Assembly: GCF_036321535.1 (NCBI RefSeq)
Contig: NC_087437.1
Location: 20,896,001-20,960,000, forward strand
DNA from: Camelus dromedarius
Taxonomy: Eukaryota
DNA length: 64,000 bases
Direction: 5' to 3'
Shown here: positions 1 to 11,583 of the stretch, in pieces
Layout of the letters: each line of letters starts with the position of its first letter
Position numbering within the stretch: position 1 is the first letter of the stretch
Notes under the pieces: generated by a model
Database searches by the model: none
Told to the model about the DNA's origin: nothing
Seen by the model: the letters and a program-made list of their open reading frames with translations, nothing else
Position numbers and translations under genes: made by a program

Positions 1-3000
1 CCGGATGGGGAAGGCGGTGTTCTACCGGGTGGGCCAATATGGGCACAGAAACAATTGCCACTGCCCGAATTTCCTGGTGGGGCAGGGTACCAGGATTCTG
101 GGATGGGAGCCCCTGAGAAACAGATGGCCTGAACTAGTTAGGGAGGATGAAGGAATGAGAAGAATGGTTTGAAAGTTAGAGTCTTGCTGTGCTTATGATA
201 CAGTGGAGCTGAGAGGATGTCACGGTCAGGGTTTTGCATTGGGTCACCTGTAACCAAGGACCAACCCAGGGACCACCAATCAGCTCCAAAGGCTTGAAAT
301 CTTGTTCTTTCACTCGTAGGTTATTCCTAACAATTTCAACCCCAGCAGCTCTGAAGTTTTCTGGATGTCAGTGCAAGTGCTCACTCACCTCGAGGTCTGG
401 GTGTCTCCATTCCAAACACGTGTTGACACACCAGGGCTTCTCCTCACAGGGTCATGGCTGCTTCCTGATAGGGTGGCTTCAACCTCCTTCCTCTTTAAAG
501 GTGAAACCAAGGCTTTGTCTTTTTTATTCTAATAGATCGAAAAATATTTTCTGAGTCACCATCAGTATAACAGTCCCAGTCTTGAAATATGATCTGGGTG
601 GGTTAGAAGAGTGGTCACATTCTGCTGCTCTCCAGAGGGGAGACTTTTTGTCTCAGACATCACCACCCTAAACTTAGCTGAATGTTTCCGGAGTGGGAAT
701 CAGGGTAACATGTCTAAGGAATCGGTAGGTATATTTTAAGACTGAATTGACGTCCTAAGATATTCCAGCAGGCTAGCGATAAAGGACCAAGGCTGCTCCT
801 TGGTTACAGGTGACCCGATGCAGACATCAAGTGAACACGATTCCATTTAACCAGAATGAGTGATTTTTTGAGTTTCAGTTTAAAAGTTCAGCCATGGAAG
901 TTGGGAAGCCAAGGAGGAAGAAGAACTCAAGGGAAGAAAGGAGAAGTCCATGCCAAAAAAAAAAAGAAAAAGTCTGTGTATTATAAATAAAATCAGTGAT
1001 CACGCACTTAGTATTTGCTGTGCACTTGCACTGGCTGAGTGCTCCGAAACTCTCCTTTAATCCTCCCAGCACCCCATGAAGCGTGTAGGATTTGTTCCAT
1101 TTTGTATGTGAAGACACTGAGGCTTAGGGAGGTCAAGTACATTCTAGTGTGAGCGGGTCCCAGCAACTGGCAGTTGAGGAGTACGGTGTACTGCAAGGTG
1201 TAGGGGCCAGAAGGCTGCAAACCTGTTTTGGTGACACCATGAGACCTTAGGCCGGTCATTCTACTTCTCCGTGCCTCTGTTTTCTCATGTCTGAAATGAG
1301 AGGGTGAGGCTAAACTAGCTCAAGTTTCTTGTCTAAAATTCTCTTTGTTGGGGCATCATTGGAGTTGGTGACGTTTAGCCCCGGAAAGGGACATGCAGAG
1401 GAGCCATTCTGGGCTGTCACGTGGCAGAGGCTGCAGCTGAGGGCCCGTCAGCAGCTCCCCGTGAGGACTGCGCCTCTCAGGAGGAAATGCCCACACTGGG
1501 TGGAGTGGTCCCCACCCCTGGTCTGAAGAATCTCTAGAATCCGTTTGTGGCAAATTAAGGAGTTAGAAGGTGCACTCCACTAAGAAGCTTGCTCTCTTTG
1601 CTTTTTGTTTATCTCAAACACCCAGGGTCTGTTTACTTTGAAGCGAGGCTCCCTCCTCTGCCCATTTTCAGTAGGGTTTCGGGGACTGGATTCCCAGTCA
1701 CTCGGGACCAAGGAGCTTGTCTTTGTGTGGACTCAGCACCATCTTGTGGACATGGCCCTGTGAACGGGGAGTGGACTCTGGTCATCAGCCGTGAAGGGAC
1801 GGCAGGACACATCCCTGGGAGAGCTGCTGCCAGCGAAGGGCTCTGTCTAAGGGGTGGTGTTTCTAAAAGGGGCTGCCTGTGCTCAGAGCTGGGAGCTGCC
1901 TTGGGGAATTTACTTTCATGACTCTAACCCTGTTGTTACGCCCATGACGCTGGAAGAGCAGAGTGGGCAGGCTGGTGACACAGTAGCCGGACCTTCCCAG
2001 ATACAGCACTGGGTCCTGTTTCCTAGGGAGGGAGTCAGTACAGAGGCCTCCTCAGGAGGGAGCCCCAGGCCCCTTCCCCTCTGGCCTCCCTCCCCCTGTA
2101 TCGTGCATCCAGGCCCACCTCTCCTGATCTGGGACTCCACCCTGCCGCCTCTCCTTCTTGCTGGCATCCATTGCCACTCAGAGCATAAGCTGCCTTACCA
2201 TGCTTAAAGGCCTCCTTCCCAGCAAGGTGAGGGTGGGACAGATTGAAGTTGTGACGGGAACAGAGCACTTGGGTTGGAAAATGCTTTGCCTTCCCTGACC
2301 CTGTCTTCTAACACTGGTGAGGCCAGCCACCGCGAGGCTTTTGCTATTTCTGTGTGTGAAGAAACTGAGTGATAATCTTATCCAGGGCTGAGAGGATGGT
2401 CTGAAGACAGTCTTGCTCAGTGCCTTTACCAGATGGGAAAGAGCAAACTGTGGACCTAGAGAGGCCACTTGAAGCGTAGGAGCTCTCTCTGGTTCTTCAG
2501 TGCCCCAGCCTCCTCTCCTCTGCTTATTCTTCACAGAAGGGTTGGCAGGGGGCTGTGGGGATATTTTTAATGGACATGCAGGACATCCCAAAACAGTAGA
2601 GTCACTGATTTTGTATCTGTTAATACACAGTTACTGGTTTTATTTACATAATACTACATCACAATGCATATGCTTATTCTTTAAAAGTATTTGTTTTTTT
2701 CAATTACATTACCATAACTATAATAATAGTCTCCTAAGAGCTTAATATAGGAACATTTAGTGAATTACCCACAGTCCCTTATTTTGCTAAATATTTATTT
2801 TTGCACTTAACTTCCCTAAGTATGTTTTTCTAACTTCCCTCCTTTCGGGGGTCACCCTGGCCTGAGCCCCGTGCCTCCTGACCATCCAGCCCACCAGAGC
2901 TAAGCTGCCCGGGCTCCCTGGGAGCCCTCAAAGCCCAAGACTCTCCAGGCCCCTCATCTCTCCATTTCAGCCCCCAGGAAATCTCCACACACAAAATGAC

Positions 3001-3713
3001 CCCTGCTTCCAACACCCTCTCAACCAACAGACATTAAATTGGTTGCTGTTATCCTAATGAGATGGGCTAGAGAGGAGAGTTGTAGGAATTGTTTTGTTTT
3101 TCTGGGATTTTCATGGAAAATGATCAGGGTGAATGAGAGCAGTGGAATGAGATACTATGTTTTTATCTGGATTGTCTCTTCTAATCCTATTAATAACTAA
3201 GTTGCATTTTTATAGCCATTTTATAGATTTAAAAAAAAATCTTGAGGTGTTAATTAACTCATCCAAACTCATACAGCTACTAAGTAGCAGAACTGGAATT
3301 TGAACCCAGGTGTGTGAGCAGGGGCCCTGCTCTGCGCTCTGAGGCTAAAGATGACTAACTCTACAGGAGGAGAGAGGACGGCCCAGGGAACAGGATGAGG
3401 AAAGCTTAGAACTATCAACTACATCTGACAGTTGTCAAAAATTTTAATCAGGGGCTTCAGTGGAAGCTTGAACTAAAATCTAAAATCAGCATACAAACAT
3501 GCAAAACCCCAAACTGAACCCAAATTTTAAAAAAATTTTAGTGAATAAACCACTACCTAATGAATCCATTAACCTGAGACATAAACTAAGATTTTTAAAT
3601 CAAAAACCCAAAACATCTAAGTAGTGTCTAAAATAAATCTTAACCATTCTGACATGTTATTAGGTTCCTAGTTTAAAGTAAGAGAGAAGAGCTCTCAAGA
3701 CTTCACCTTCCAT

Positions 3714-3811
3714 GGGTGGAGGGTATAGCTCAGTGGTAGAGTGCACGCTTAGCATGCAGGAGGTCCTGGGTTCAGTTCCCAGTACCTTAGTTAAAAAAAA
3801 GAAAGAAAAAA
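3714..3811 (+). mobile_element. tRNA-Ala-derived SINE (Vic-1-like)
   Basis: GGGTATAGCTCAGTGGTAGAG A box, TTAGCAT loop, GGTTCAGTTCC B box, A-rich tail. Confidence 0.9.
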
Positions 3812-4479
3812 CGTTTTGCCCTCCCAAAATCCCCTTGGTGTGAGGGCAAAGGAGCAAATGTCGTCTGTTGGGGGTTTAAACAGATAGGAGAGGTGATAAG
3901 GCAGAACACAGGGGAGGCTTTTTTTTAAATGAAATAAAAGAATATGGCCATCTGAAACAGGCACATGACCCAGTAAACGGACAGTACCTAGCCTTGTTTA
4001 TGAAGCCAAATTTCTGACTTAAAAGGACAAGTGGACAGACAGACTGGAAATGTGTAGATGATTTAAGTATTTGTCTTAAACAGATTATTTTAGTCCCCTT
4101 CCTATCAAGCTTTTTATCAGAATTGCTAATAAATCGCCAATTTGAATAATTTTTATTTAAATTCTTAGTGCCTTCTTCCATGGGCTTAGAAGAAATGCTA
4201 ACAAACGGTGAAACTAAGGAAGGAAATCCTTTAGATACTTGTAACTCAGTGCCTACATACGACCTAAGGCTTGGACCTAATGACTGAGACTGAGTTAAGG
4301 AGACCCTCTGGGGTATTAAACATTGTGTGGGGGGAATGGGGAGCTGTGGGTGCACAGTGAAATAGAACACTTGTCTCCATTGAGGGATTTCACATTCCCT
4401 AGATTTGGGGCTTGGGGCCAAGGCTTGGTAATACTTGTTCCTACTGACATTTGTGATTAATAATAATTAGTTAGTAATA

Positions 4480-4670
4480 GTAATACTAATAATAGCCAAG
4501 GTTTATTAAGCTTGATTTTGTGCCAGACATTAAGCTCAGCACTTTATAGGTATTATCATTTAATCCTCACATTAACCTGGTAGATTCTCTTATTAGCTCC
4601 ATTTTGCAGATGAAGAAGCTGAGGTGCAGAGAGTTTAAGAAACTTGCCCAAGGTCACAGCCGGAACGTGA
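4480..4670 (-). mobile_element. MIR SINE
   Basis: CATTTAATCCTCAC..CCATTTTGCAGATGAAGAAGCTGAGG..CAGAGAG..AACTTGCCCAAGGTCACA core. Confidence 0.85.
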
Positions 4671-5048
4671 CAAGAGCCACTTGACATGAAAGTTCAGGCT
4701 GTTAGCCATGGTGCCAGACTGGACGTGGTCTGCCTTATCCTAGATTATCCTTAGGGAGAGCCCTGAGTGGACGCTGACAGTGCTCTGGTATCTCCCAGCT
4801 CTTTGTGCAGTGGCTTTGGTCTCCCCCCACCCCATCCCCCTCCTGTGCCCACTTCTCGTGGTAGCCCGTGTTATACTCAATAATAGCGGGTGGGTGGTAG
4901 GCATTCAATAAATATTACCTTCAAATGGAAGTGGATCAAAAATGATACTTATGAGTGCCATCTATTACTTCAAAGTGTATTTTTTTAAGAAAATAAATTA
5001 AAAGTAGGAATTTATGGAAAATTCTGAGTTTCCCTGAGGTGTTCACCC

Positions 5049-5068
5049 CAGGGCCACCTGGTGGTCCA
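5049..5068 (-). promoter_or_regulatory. CTCF-type motif
   Basis: Minus strand reads TGGACCACCAGGTGGCCCTG, close to the CTCF core CCACCAGGTGGCGC. Confidence 0.45.
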
Positions 5069-5369
5069 TACGGCATCTTTGTGCATATTAGAGAATTGGC
5101 CCCCTCCTGGCTGGGGGATGCAGCCCTCACCAGGGTACGTTCCTGGCCAAGCAGGATGTGGGCTGGTTTTCAGCCTCCCCATGTACCCACAGCATACCAC
5201 AGGGTGTGACCTGTCCCTCTGCATGTAGCAGCTCCACTCAAGTCCAGGCTACTAGTTGCCAAGTGCTTATATGCTGGTAGGTAGGCTGGGGGCATGAGCC
5301 TAGGAGCCTTTACCAAGAAAGACATGGAAAAGCTAAGTTCTTCATTTCTCGGTGCTGCTGAACCTACAG

Positions 5370-5560
5370 TGGAGAGTGTGGTGGTTGAGTCACACTGCCC
5401 GGGTTTTCATCCCAGCTCTGCTGCTCGCTAGCTAAGTGACCTTGGTTGAGTTATACAGCCTCTCTGAGTCTCAGTTTTCTCATTTGTAAGATAAGGTTGC
5501 CGTGAGACTTTATCGGGATAGTAGATGCAGAGTGTGTAGAACGGTGCCGGGCACGTGGAT
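5370..5560 (+). mobile_element. MIR SINE
   Basis: ATCCCAGCTCTGC..GTGACCTTGG..CCTCTCTGAGTCTCAGTTTTCTCATTTGTAA core. Confidence 0.8.
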
Positions 5561-5658
5561 GTGCTTGTGTGGTGCTGGGGGCATCGCACGTGGCCGGCAT
5601 GTTTAGGTGAACTTCCTCCTGTCGCATGAATAGGTAGAATTGGGGACATTGACGCCTT

Positions 5659-6265
5659 TGTGATGGGATGTCAGAGGGGCTCCAACACAAGCAGGAGACA
5701 CAGTGACCCATTTCTTCATAGTGCAGTTAGAGGTCATGGGCCAGCTCGTGTGTGTAGTACACCAGGGTAATTTTCAGCAGGAGGCAAAAAGCCCGCCTGC
5801 CCAGACCCTATTCCCGAAACTGGTTCAGTGTCAGCAGTGCCACCTAGTTTGTATTCTTTTTGAGGTTCCACAGGTGAGTCTGATGTGCGGCTCTGTGGGG
5901 AACCATCCTAAGCTCGCTCTGTGGTGCCGTTTCCATCCTACTGTTGGTTGTTTGATGGGGGAAGAGGGCCTGGATATGCTTTCGGGGTGGTCACGGATTG
6001 GTGCACCCTGGAAGCACAAACATCCACAGTTACGGGACCCAGAAGCAGGCTATGGGCCCAGCTATGCTTTGCTGGCCCAGAACCTCCTCCAGATCAGCAT
6101 CTCATGAGAGGAGGCTGGGTGAGGGAGATGCCAGAGGAAGGAACTGGAAAGTGGTTACAGAGAGTGGACACTTCTGGGGGCTCTTGAAGGGAGGACAGCA
6201 TACACAAACAGAGTCCTTACAAACACCCAGCACCAGGGCCTTATACTGCACCCACCCGCATGTTG
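5659..6265 (-). mobile_element. Solo LTR, MER77/MER21-like
   Basis: Minus strand begins ..GGGTGCAGTATAAGGCCCT and ends CATGACCTCTAACTGCACTATG..GTGTCTCC..CATCCCATCACA, resembling MER77 as I recall it. Confidence 0.5.
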
Positions 6266-6367
6266 ACAACTTTAAATTTTTAGTACTTTTTTTAAAGGTT
6301 AATTTTTAAAAGTTTGTCGCCAAGTCAGTCCAGGCACCCGAGACACAAAGGCCAAATCCCTGGAGTT

Positions 6368-6861
6368 TAAAGGTTAAAAAACAAAATTCAACTGAGCACA
6401 TCTTAAAGATCTTACTGGCTTTATTTAGTGATTCATGAGTCAGGCGGTATCCAATCTAGCAGATAGAATGGAGCTCCAAAGAGCTATACAAGGCAAGACA
6501 TTAACACAACATTGTAGATTGACTATACTTAAATTAAAAAAAAAAAAAAGATGCCATGGAGGAGCCGAGGAAGAGCTATACAAGGTGAGAAGTTTTATAG
6601 ACAGAAGGGAACAGAACAGGGAAATTAGGCAAAAAGGTGGGTTGGTTATTGCAAAGTTACTTTCCTTCTAGGGGATGACAGGGTGTTATCAGGCAGTTTG
6701 CCTAACTAATGCTGATCAGTCGATTCCTGACTTAAGCCGATACCTAGTTTAGGACTTCATTGTAGAGAGAGCCAAAATTGTAACTAAGTTGAATTTCCGT
6801 TTCGTGACCTGGAGCTTAGCATAAGCACCTCCATTTTGGGCCTGTTGTCTTGTCTTTATCA
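6368..6861 (-). mobile_element. ERV1-class solo LTR (MER4-group-like) containing a short L1 tail at ~6497-6549
   Basis: Minus strand starts TGATAAAGACAAGACAACAGGCCCAAAATGGAG..TATGCTAAGC and has TAAATAAAGCCAGTAAGATCTTTAAG near its 3' end. Confidence 0.6.
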
Positions 6862-7257
6862 GAACAAAGTATATCCTTAGAGCCTGAAGGATTGCTCTTT
6901 TCCTTCCTTTGAGCTAAAGCCATAATAGTAAGCAGTTTTGGTGTTCCAAAGCCATGTTTCGGTGTTTTAACTAGTTGGACAACTTTGTGAGCAGTGGGTG
7001 GCCCTGGCTTGTTTTACCCAGCTGAGCTTTAGGCCAGCAGTGTTGATTCATTTTGTTTGTATTTTGTTCTTCCTTTTACCATGTCAGAATAGTCTTTTTT
7101 TTTTACTTTGTAGTGTTCAACAAAGCTATTTCCCCCTTTTAGCATAGGTGACAAATGGTAGGGCCGTTCGCGTTGACCTAATGCTGGATCGAGAAAGCTT
7201 TGCAACAGTGACGGGTATGATAGGCTCTAGAAAGCTTACTGTTTAAGTGTTTTTTGG

Positions 7258-7685
7258 TTTTGCATTTATTTAATCAAGATTTATTGGCTCTGTTATGTGC
7301 CAAGTGTGGTACTGGGAGCTAGGGGAGACTGATAAACAGTCTCAGTCCTCATGGAACTTAAGCACTTGTGGTAAAGCATATGTTCGTCAAATAATAATTA
7401 AAATCATAGTAAGTACTGTGAAAGAAAAGTATGCTGAGAGGATAGGACAGATGAACCTGATGAGGGGGAAGGGACCGTTGGGTAGAGATCAGGGTGGGCT
7501 GCTGTCCAGGCTACAAAGGCCTTCTCGGCTGTAGAAGCAGCACGTGCAAAGGCCCTGAGGTGGGAAGATCCTTGGCACATTCAAGGAACAGAAGGAAGGC
7601 TGGTAGGGGTTAGAGTGGCAGGAAATGAGGTCAGATCACAGAGGACCTTATAAGCCTTGGTAAAAGTACTGGAATTTGGGTTTAG
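7258..7685 (-). mobile_element. L2 3' fragment
   Basis: TTTATT..TATGTGCCAAG..CCTCATGGAACTTA..GCAGCACGTGCAAAGGCCCTGAGGTGGGA motifs. Confidence 0.7.
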
Positions 7686-9011
7686 GGATTTAACTGAGCC
7701 TCACTGACCTTGTCTCATCTCCATGTTGGCCAGGAAACTCTTTTCTCTGTCACGGAAAAGGCTCCCTTTCAAAGCTGACCCCACCCTGGAGAATCTCTTC
7801 CTTTAGAGCTCTCTTGAGGCTTCGTACCCACCAGTCTTTTGCTTTATCATGACTGACAGGTCTCCAGCCTGAGCCTCATGATCCCTGCAACTATATCATC
7901 CCCAGGCCGGGAATGAAAGGATAACTTTAAATACTTGTGGTGGGGGAGGGAAGGCAACCAAAAACTCATCTTCCTGATGCATTCACTTCAGATTAGCAAA
8001 TCCTGGCAGGGCAGATCCTTGGCTTTTATCTCCTGTGTGCTTGGACTGAATTGGCAACAAGTTTTTAAAAATCAACTTTGTTTTTAATGCAAAAAATTTT
8101 AAGTTGGCAACCTATAAGCATAGTGTAAAGGTGTTCTTGATGTTGAGTGCTTCATAGATTCTGGGCTGTGGGGCAGAAGCTGTGACTGACTACGTGTTCA
8201 GTTGGCACTTTGAAATCGTCTCCTGTACCACTACTGTACACCTGCCAGCTGCAGTGGGTCCCAGGCCCACAGTGCATCATCTAGCAATGCCCAGGTTGCC
8301 CTGGTAACCACTGCCCATGATCAGGGATCTGCTTGCCTGAATGCAGATCCTCAGCTGCCCTTTTTGGGGACCCTTCTGGCACATTCTGCTTCATGACAGG
8401 CAGCATTTCCCAGTGACTTCTTGGCATGGAACCCAGGCTGGCTGCCCTCAACAGTCCTAGCTTTTGAATCTCACCTGGGCCTGTGCCTGCCACAGGCTTC
8501 TGCAGGGGTCATCCTGTGCAACCAGCCTGCAGCTTGGGACATGGTGCAGAGCCGTTTTGTGTTGGATGCAGTGGGTCAGCTGCTCTGACTTCCCTCCTGT
8601 GTGTGTACATGCGAATGAAGCAGCAGAGCACAGAGGCCTGGACGGTGTACCACCATCAGAGGTTACAGCTCTTCTGCAAGCTGGGCACTTCTCTGGGTTC
8701 AGTTCCCACATCTATACTGTGGGCGTGAGAGTAGCAGCTTCCACATAGTGAGCGCTGACTCTGTTCATTCCTTTAACCCTGTGGGTACATAGTAGCGTCT
8801 CCATTTTCCATGCCCGCCCTGCAGGATGATGAAGGGGATTAAATAGATTAATATGTGAAGTGCTTTGCAACCTGGAGTGTGTCAGCTACAAGGAATTTTA
8901 TTCAAAATGGATTGGGGAATTTCAGACAGATGAAAATTGTAATTTGCAATATTTATGCTGCCTATTCATACATAATGCTGATTTACAAACAGGCATCAAT
9001 TTATAGTACAG

Positions 9012-9880
9012 GTCATTCATTTAGTATATGAATATTTTTTGAGGGCCTACAATGATGTAGAAGGCATTGTTTTAGGTGCTTAAGATACATCAGTGGAGAA
9101 AATCAAAGACTGCTGCCCTTGTGGTGCTTAGATTCTAGCAGGCAGACGGACAATAAATAATAATGAGTAAGTTGTGTGATGCGTGGGGCTGTTATGAGTG
9201 CTGAGGAAAAGAAGAAAGCAGAGCAGCTAGGAGGGGGCAGGCGTGCAGGTTGCTTTTTTCATCAGGGTGAGTCTGTGTTTTTAAATATTTCCTGAGCACC
9301 TGCCATGTACGGTGGCCTGGAGCCACAGCAGTGAACCGGATAGATAAGGTCCTTCCCTCCTGGAGTTTCCTTTCTGGCGGGCAAACACATATGATAATTG
9401 CAGGCTGCGGTACGTGCTGTGGAAATAAACCAGGTGATGGGAGGGGCAAGTAAAGGTGGGAGCAAATAGAGCGGTGAGGTGGTCCCCCTGAGTGACATTG
9501 AGCTGGGCCTGAAGTGGAAGTGAGCCAGCCATGGGCAGGACCTGGACTGGGGCTGGGGGAGACTCGGCAGCTGGAGTTGGCAAAGGGGGGCATGGGTGTG
9601 AGTGGGAAGAAGGGCAGAGGGAGCTGTGAGGCCGGGGGAGAGTGGCCAGGACCCCTGGACAGTGTAGAGCCTTGCAGGGGTCTGGATTCTACCCTAACAT
9701 CTGAGGAGAGCCACTGAAGGGCTCCCAGCAGGGCCTGACTCGATCTCCTTTGTGGTTTTTTTGGTTTTTTGGGTTTTTTTTTTAGTGTAGGTACTGGGGA
9801 TTGAACCCAGGACCTCCTCTACCACTGAGCTATACCCACCTCCACCCCTGCCTCCTTTATGTTAAAAGGCCGTACTGCAC
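9012..9880 (-). mobile_element. Two adjacent L2 3' fragments (the second hosts the 9755 SINE)
   Basis: TCATTCATTTAG..TATTTTTTGAGGGCCTAC..GCCCTTGTGG.GCTTA.ATTCTAG, then AAATATTTCCTGAGCACCTGCCATGT..GTGACATTGAGCTGGGCCTGAAG. Confidence 0.7.
9755..9848 (-). mobile_element. Vic-1-like SINE with internal deletion
   Basis: Reverse-oriented A and B boxes, T-rich tail and flanking CTCCTTT(G/A)TG repeats; the anticodon arm is missing. Confidence 0.85.
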
Positions 9881-10529
9881 TGCATGAAGGGTGGCCCATG
9901 CCAGGAGTTCTCTCCATACAAGCAAGCAGGATACAGCCCGTTCTCCAACTGACTCGCATTCATTGAAGTCCCACTGTGCGCTGAGCACTGTGCTTTGTGC
10001 TTTTCCTGTGCATTACCTGGTTCACTCTTCTCTACCGAGTTTCTGATTCGTCCAGAAAGAATCCATGCAAACTGTGATTCGTTGTCTTGCAGGAGTCTCC
10101 TGAAAGCTGGGGTGCAGGGGGACCAGGGGTGGAGAGCAAGGGCGCGATGGCAGGTGAATTCTGATGGTTTAACAACAGAACAGCAGTTGGTTTCTGTCCT
10201 TTCTTAGGATAACCTGTCTTGCAATAAGCCGGAGGTTCATTCTTGTTTAGAATCAGAATGTACAACCGTTCTTCCCTTCACCCTCCCTGACAGGAAGTTA
10301 GCTGAGAGGAACAGGGCCTTTCAGTCAGCTGGCCCTTTAAGAAAGTGGTATTTGGCTTTTGAATCCACTCATGGTGATAAGCTCATCCCTAAAAGTCGGT
10401 GTTCCAGGGGACGGAAACCTGTCCTGGTCCCCACAGCATTCAGATTTTAAATGTCCTTCCACGTCAGCGTCTCTAAAGGTTAGTGGAATTTGGTTGAGGC
10501 AAGAAACGGACGCAGCCCTTCAGGGTTTC

Positions 10530-11330
10530 AGTGATAGATGCTCTAAGCCCATTTGCCAGCTTTCTTAAGCAGACAGGTGGCCTGGCAAGCTTGATCCTGA
10601 GATAAACCCAGGAGCTACCCTAAACACTGCTGTATTTCAAAAAGGAAAACAAACAAGCAAAAAGAAACCAAGGACCTTTCCCTTTCATCTTTCTAAACAA
10701 GCAACCTGAAATATTTAACTGGGCACATTGCATCAATCGTGAATCTGATAATGCTGTTCTCACAACTTACATGCACGCAACTACAAGTCTGGAGACCACA
10801 TGTTTACCTTTTCAAAATAATATATTCAAGGAAGATGGTACAGGCCAACCTCCCTCTCTGCTGAATGCACCTTAGCAGCTTCCTGGTGTTAGCCTTTCCA
10901 GCCACCTGAATTTTAGATGAAAAACAAACTTCCCTTGTCATCCTACCCTTCCTCGAATCTGATAGCTTAACTGCATTAAAGTCTGATAAATGCAGCTCTT
11001 CTCTGCTCCTATCGGGCTGCATTTAGAAGGCAAATCAAGAGGATTTTCCTTTTCCTAGACGTAGCTGAACTCTATAAAGGGCTTCTGTTTTGTAATCTGT
11101 TTTCGAGATCTGATGCGTGTGTTTCTAACACCCTGTCACGTGAGGAGGTCTGACGTAGTCACCCAACATGACTATGAGAAAACGCACCGCAAAGATGTGT
11201 GTGGGATGGCGGAGCCGGATCACTGAAGCAGTGTCCTTTGTCAGAACACTTTCTGCAGAGAATAGCAGATCCACACAGTAGATTTTACTTCACTTCAGTA
11301 TGGGCCCCGCGCTGGCCCAGAATGGACAGT
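10530..11330 (+). promoter_or_regulatory. Candidate intronic enhancer or alternative promoter
   Basis: Repeat-free block with WGATAR sites (10600, 10746, 10960, 10984), TATAAAG 11073-11079, GTCACGTGAG E-box 11135-11144, TGACGT 11151-11156 and a possible donor GTGAGT at 11329. Motif evidence only. Confidence 0.3.
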
Positions 11331-11420
11331 GAGTTTGACTTTTGCAGGATTCCAGGTCAGTATCCTAATACAGTGTGTTCTTTTTTTAGTTGGGCTTTAT
11401 TTCTGAGTTTCTTTTTATAG

Positions 11421-11583
11421 AAGACGACTTGCAGTAGAGAGGAGAAGTCTGTTCTGTTGATTCAGTTCGTCATTATGTACGTTGGGAATTGAGTGGCCGA
11501 GGTGCAGCAAGAGGGCTCTTGGCCTTTTCCTCTGATCAGAAGACCTAGGAAAATAGGATTCAGTCTGGCCCTGGAGAGTGGCC
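11421..11583 (+). other. Candidate non-coding 5'UTR exon of ZBTB38
   Basis: Acceptor TTTCTTTTTATAG ending 11420 (alternative AGs at 11389 and 11465) and donor GCC|GTAAGT at 11583/11584, in repeat-free sequence. Confidence 0.5.

Noticed and set aside
3714..3790. tRNA-Ala(AGC)-like genes (this and nine similar loci)
   Set aside because: Broken acceptor stems, A-rich tails, TSDs and dispersed divergent copies mark them as SINEs.
3876..4421. 181-aa minus-strand ORF, also 34049-34651 (200 aa) and 49930-50412 (160 aa)
   Set aside because: Non-ATG starts, no recognisable domain or exon structure; consistent with chance ORFs.
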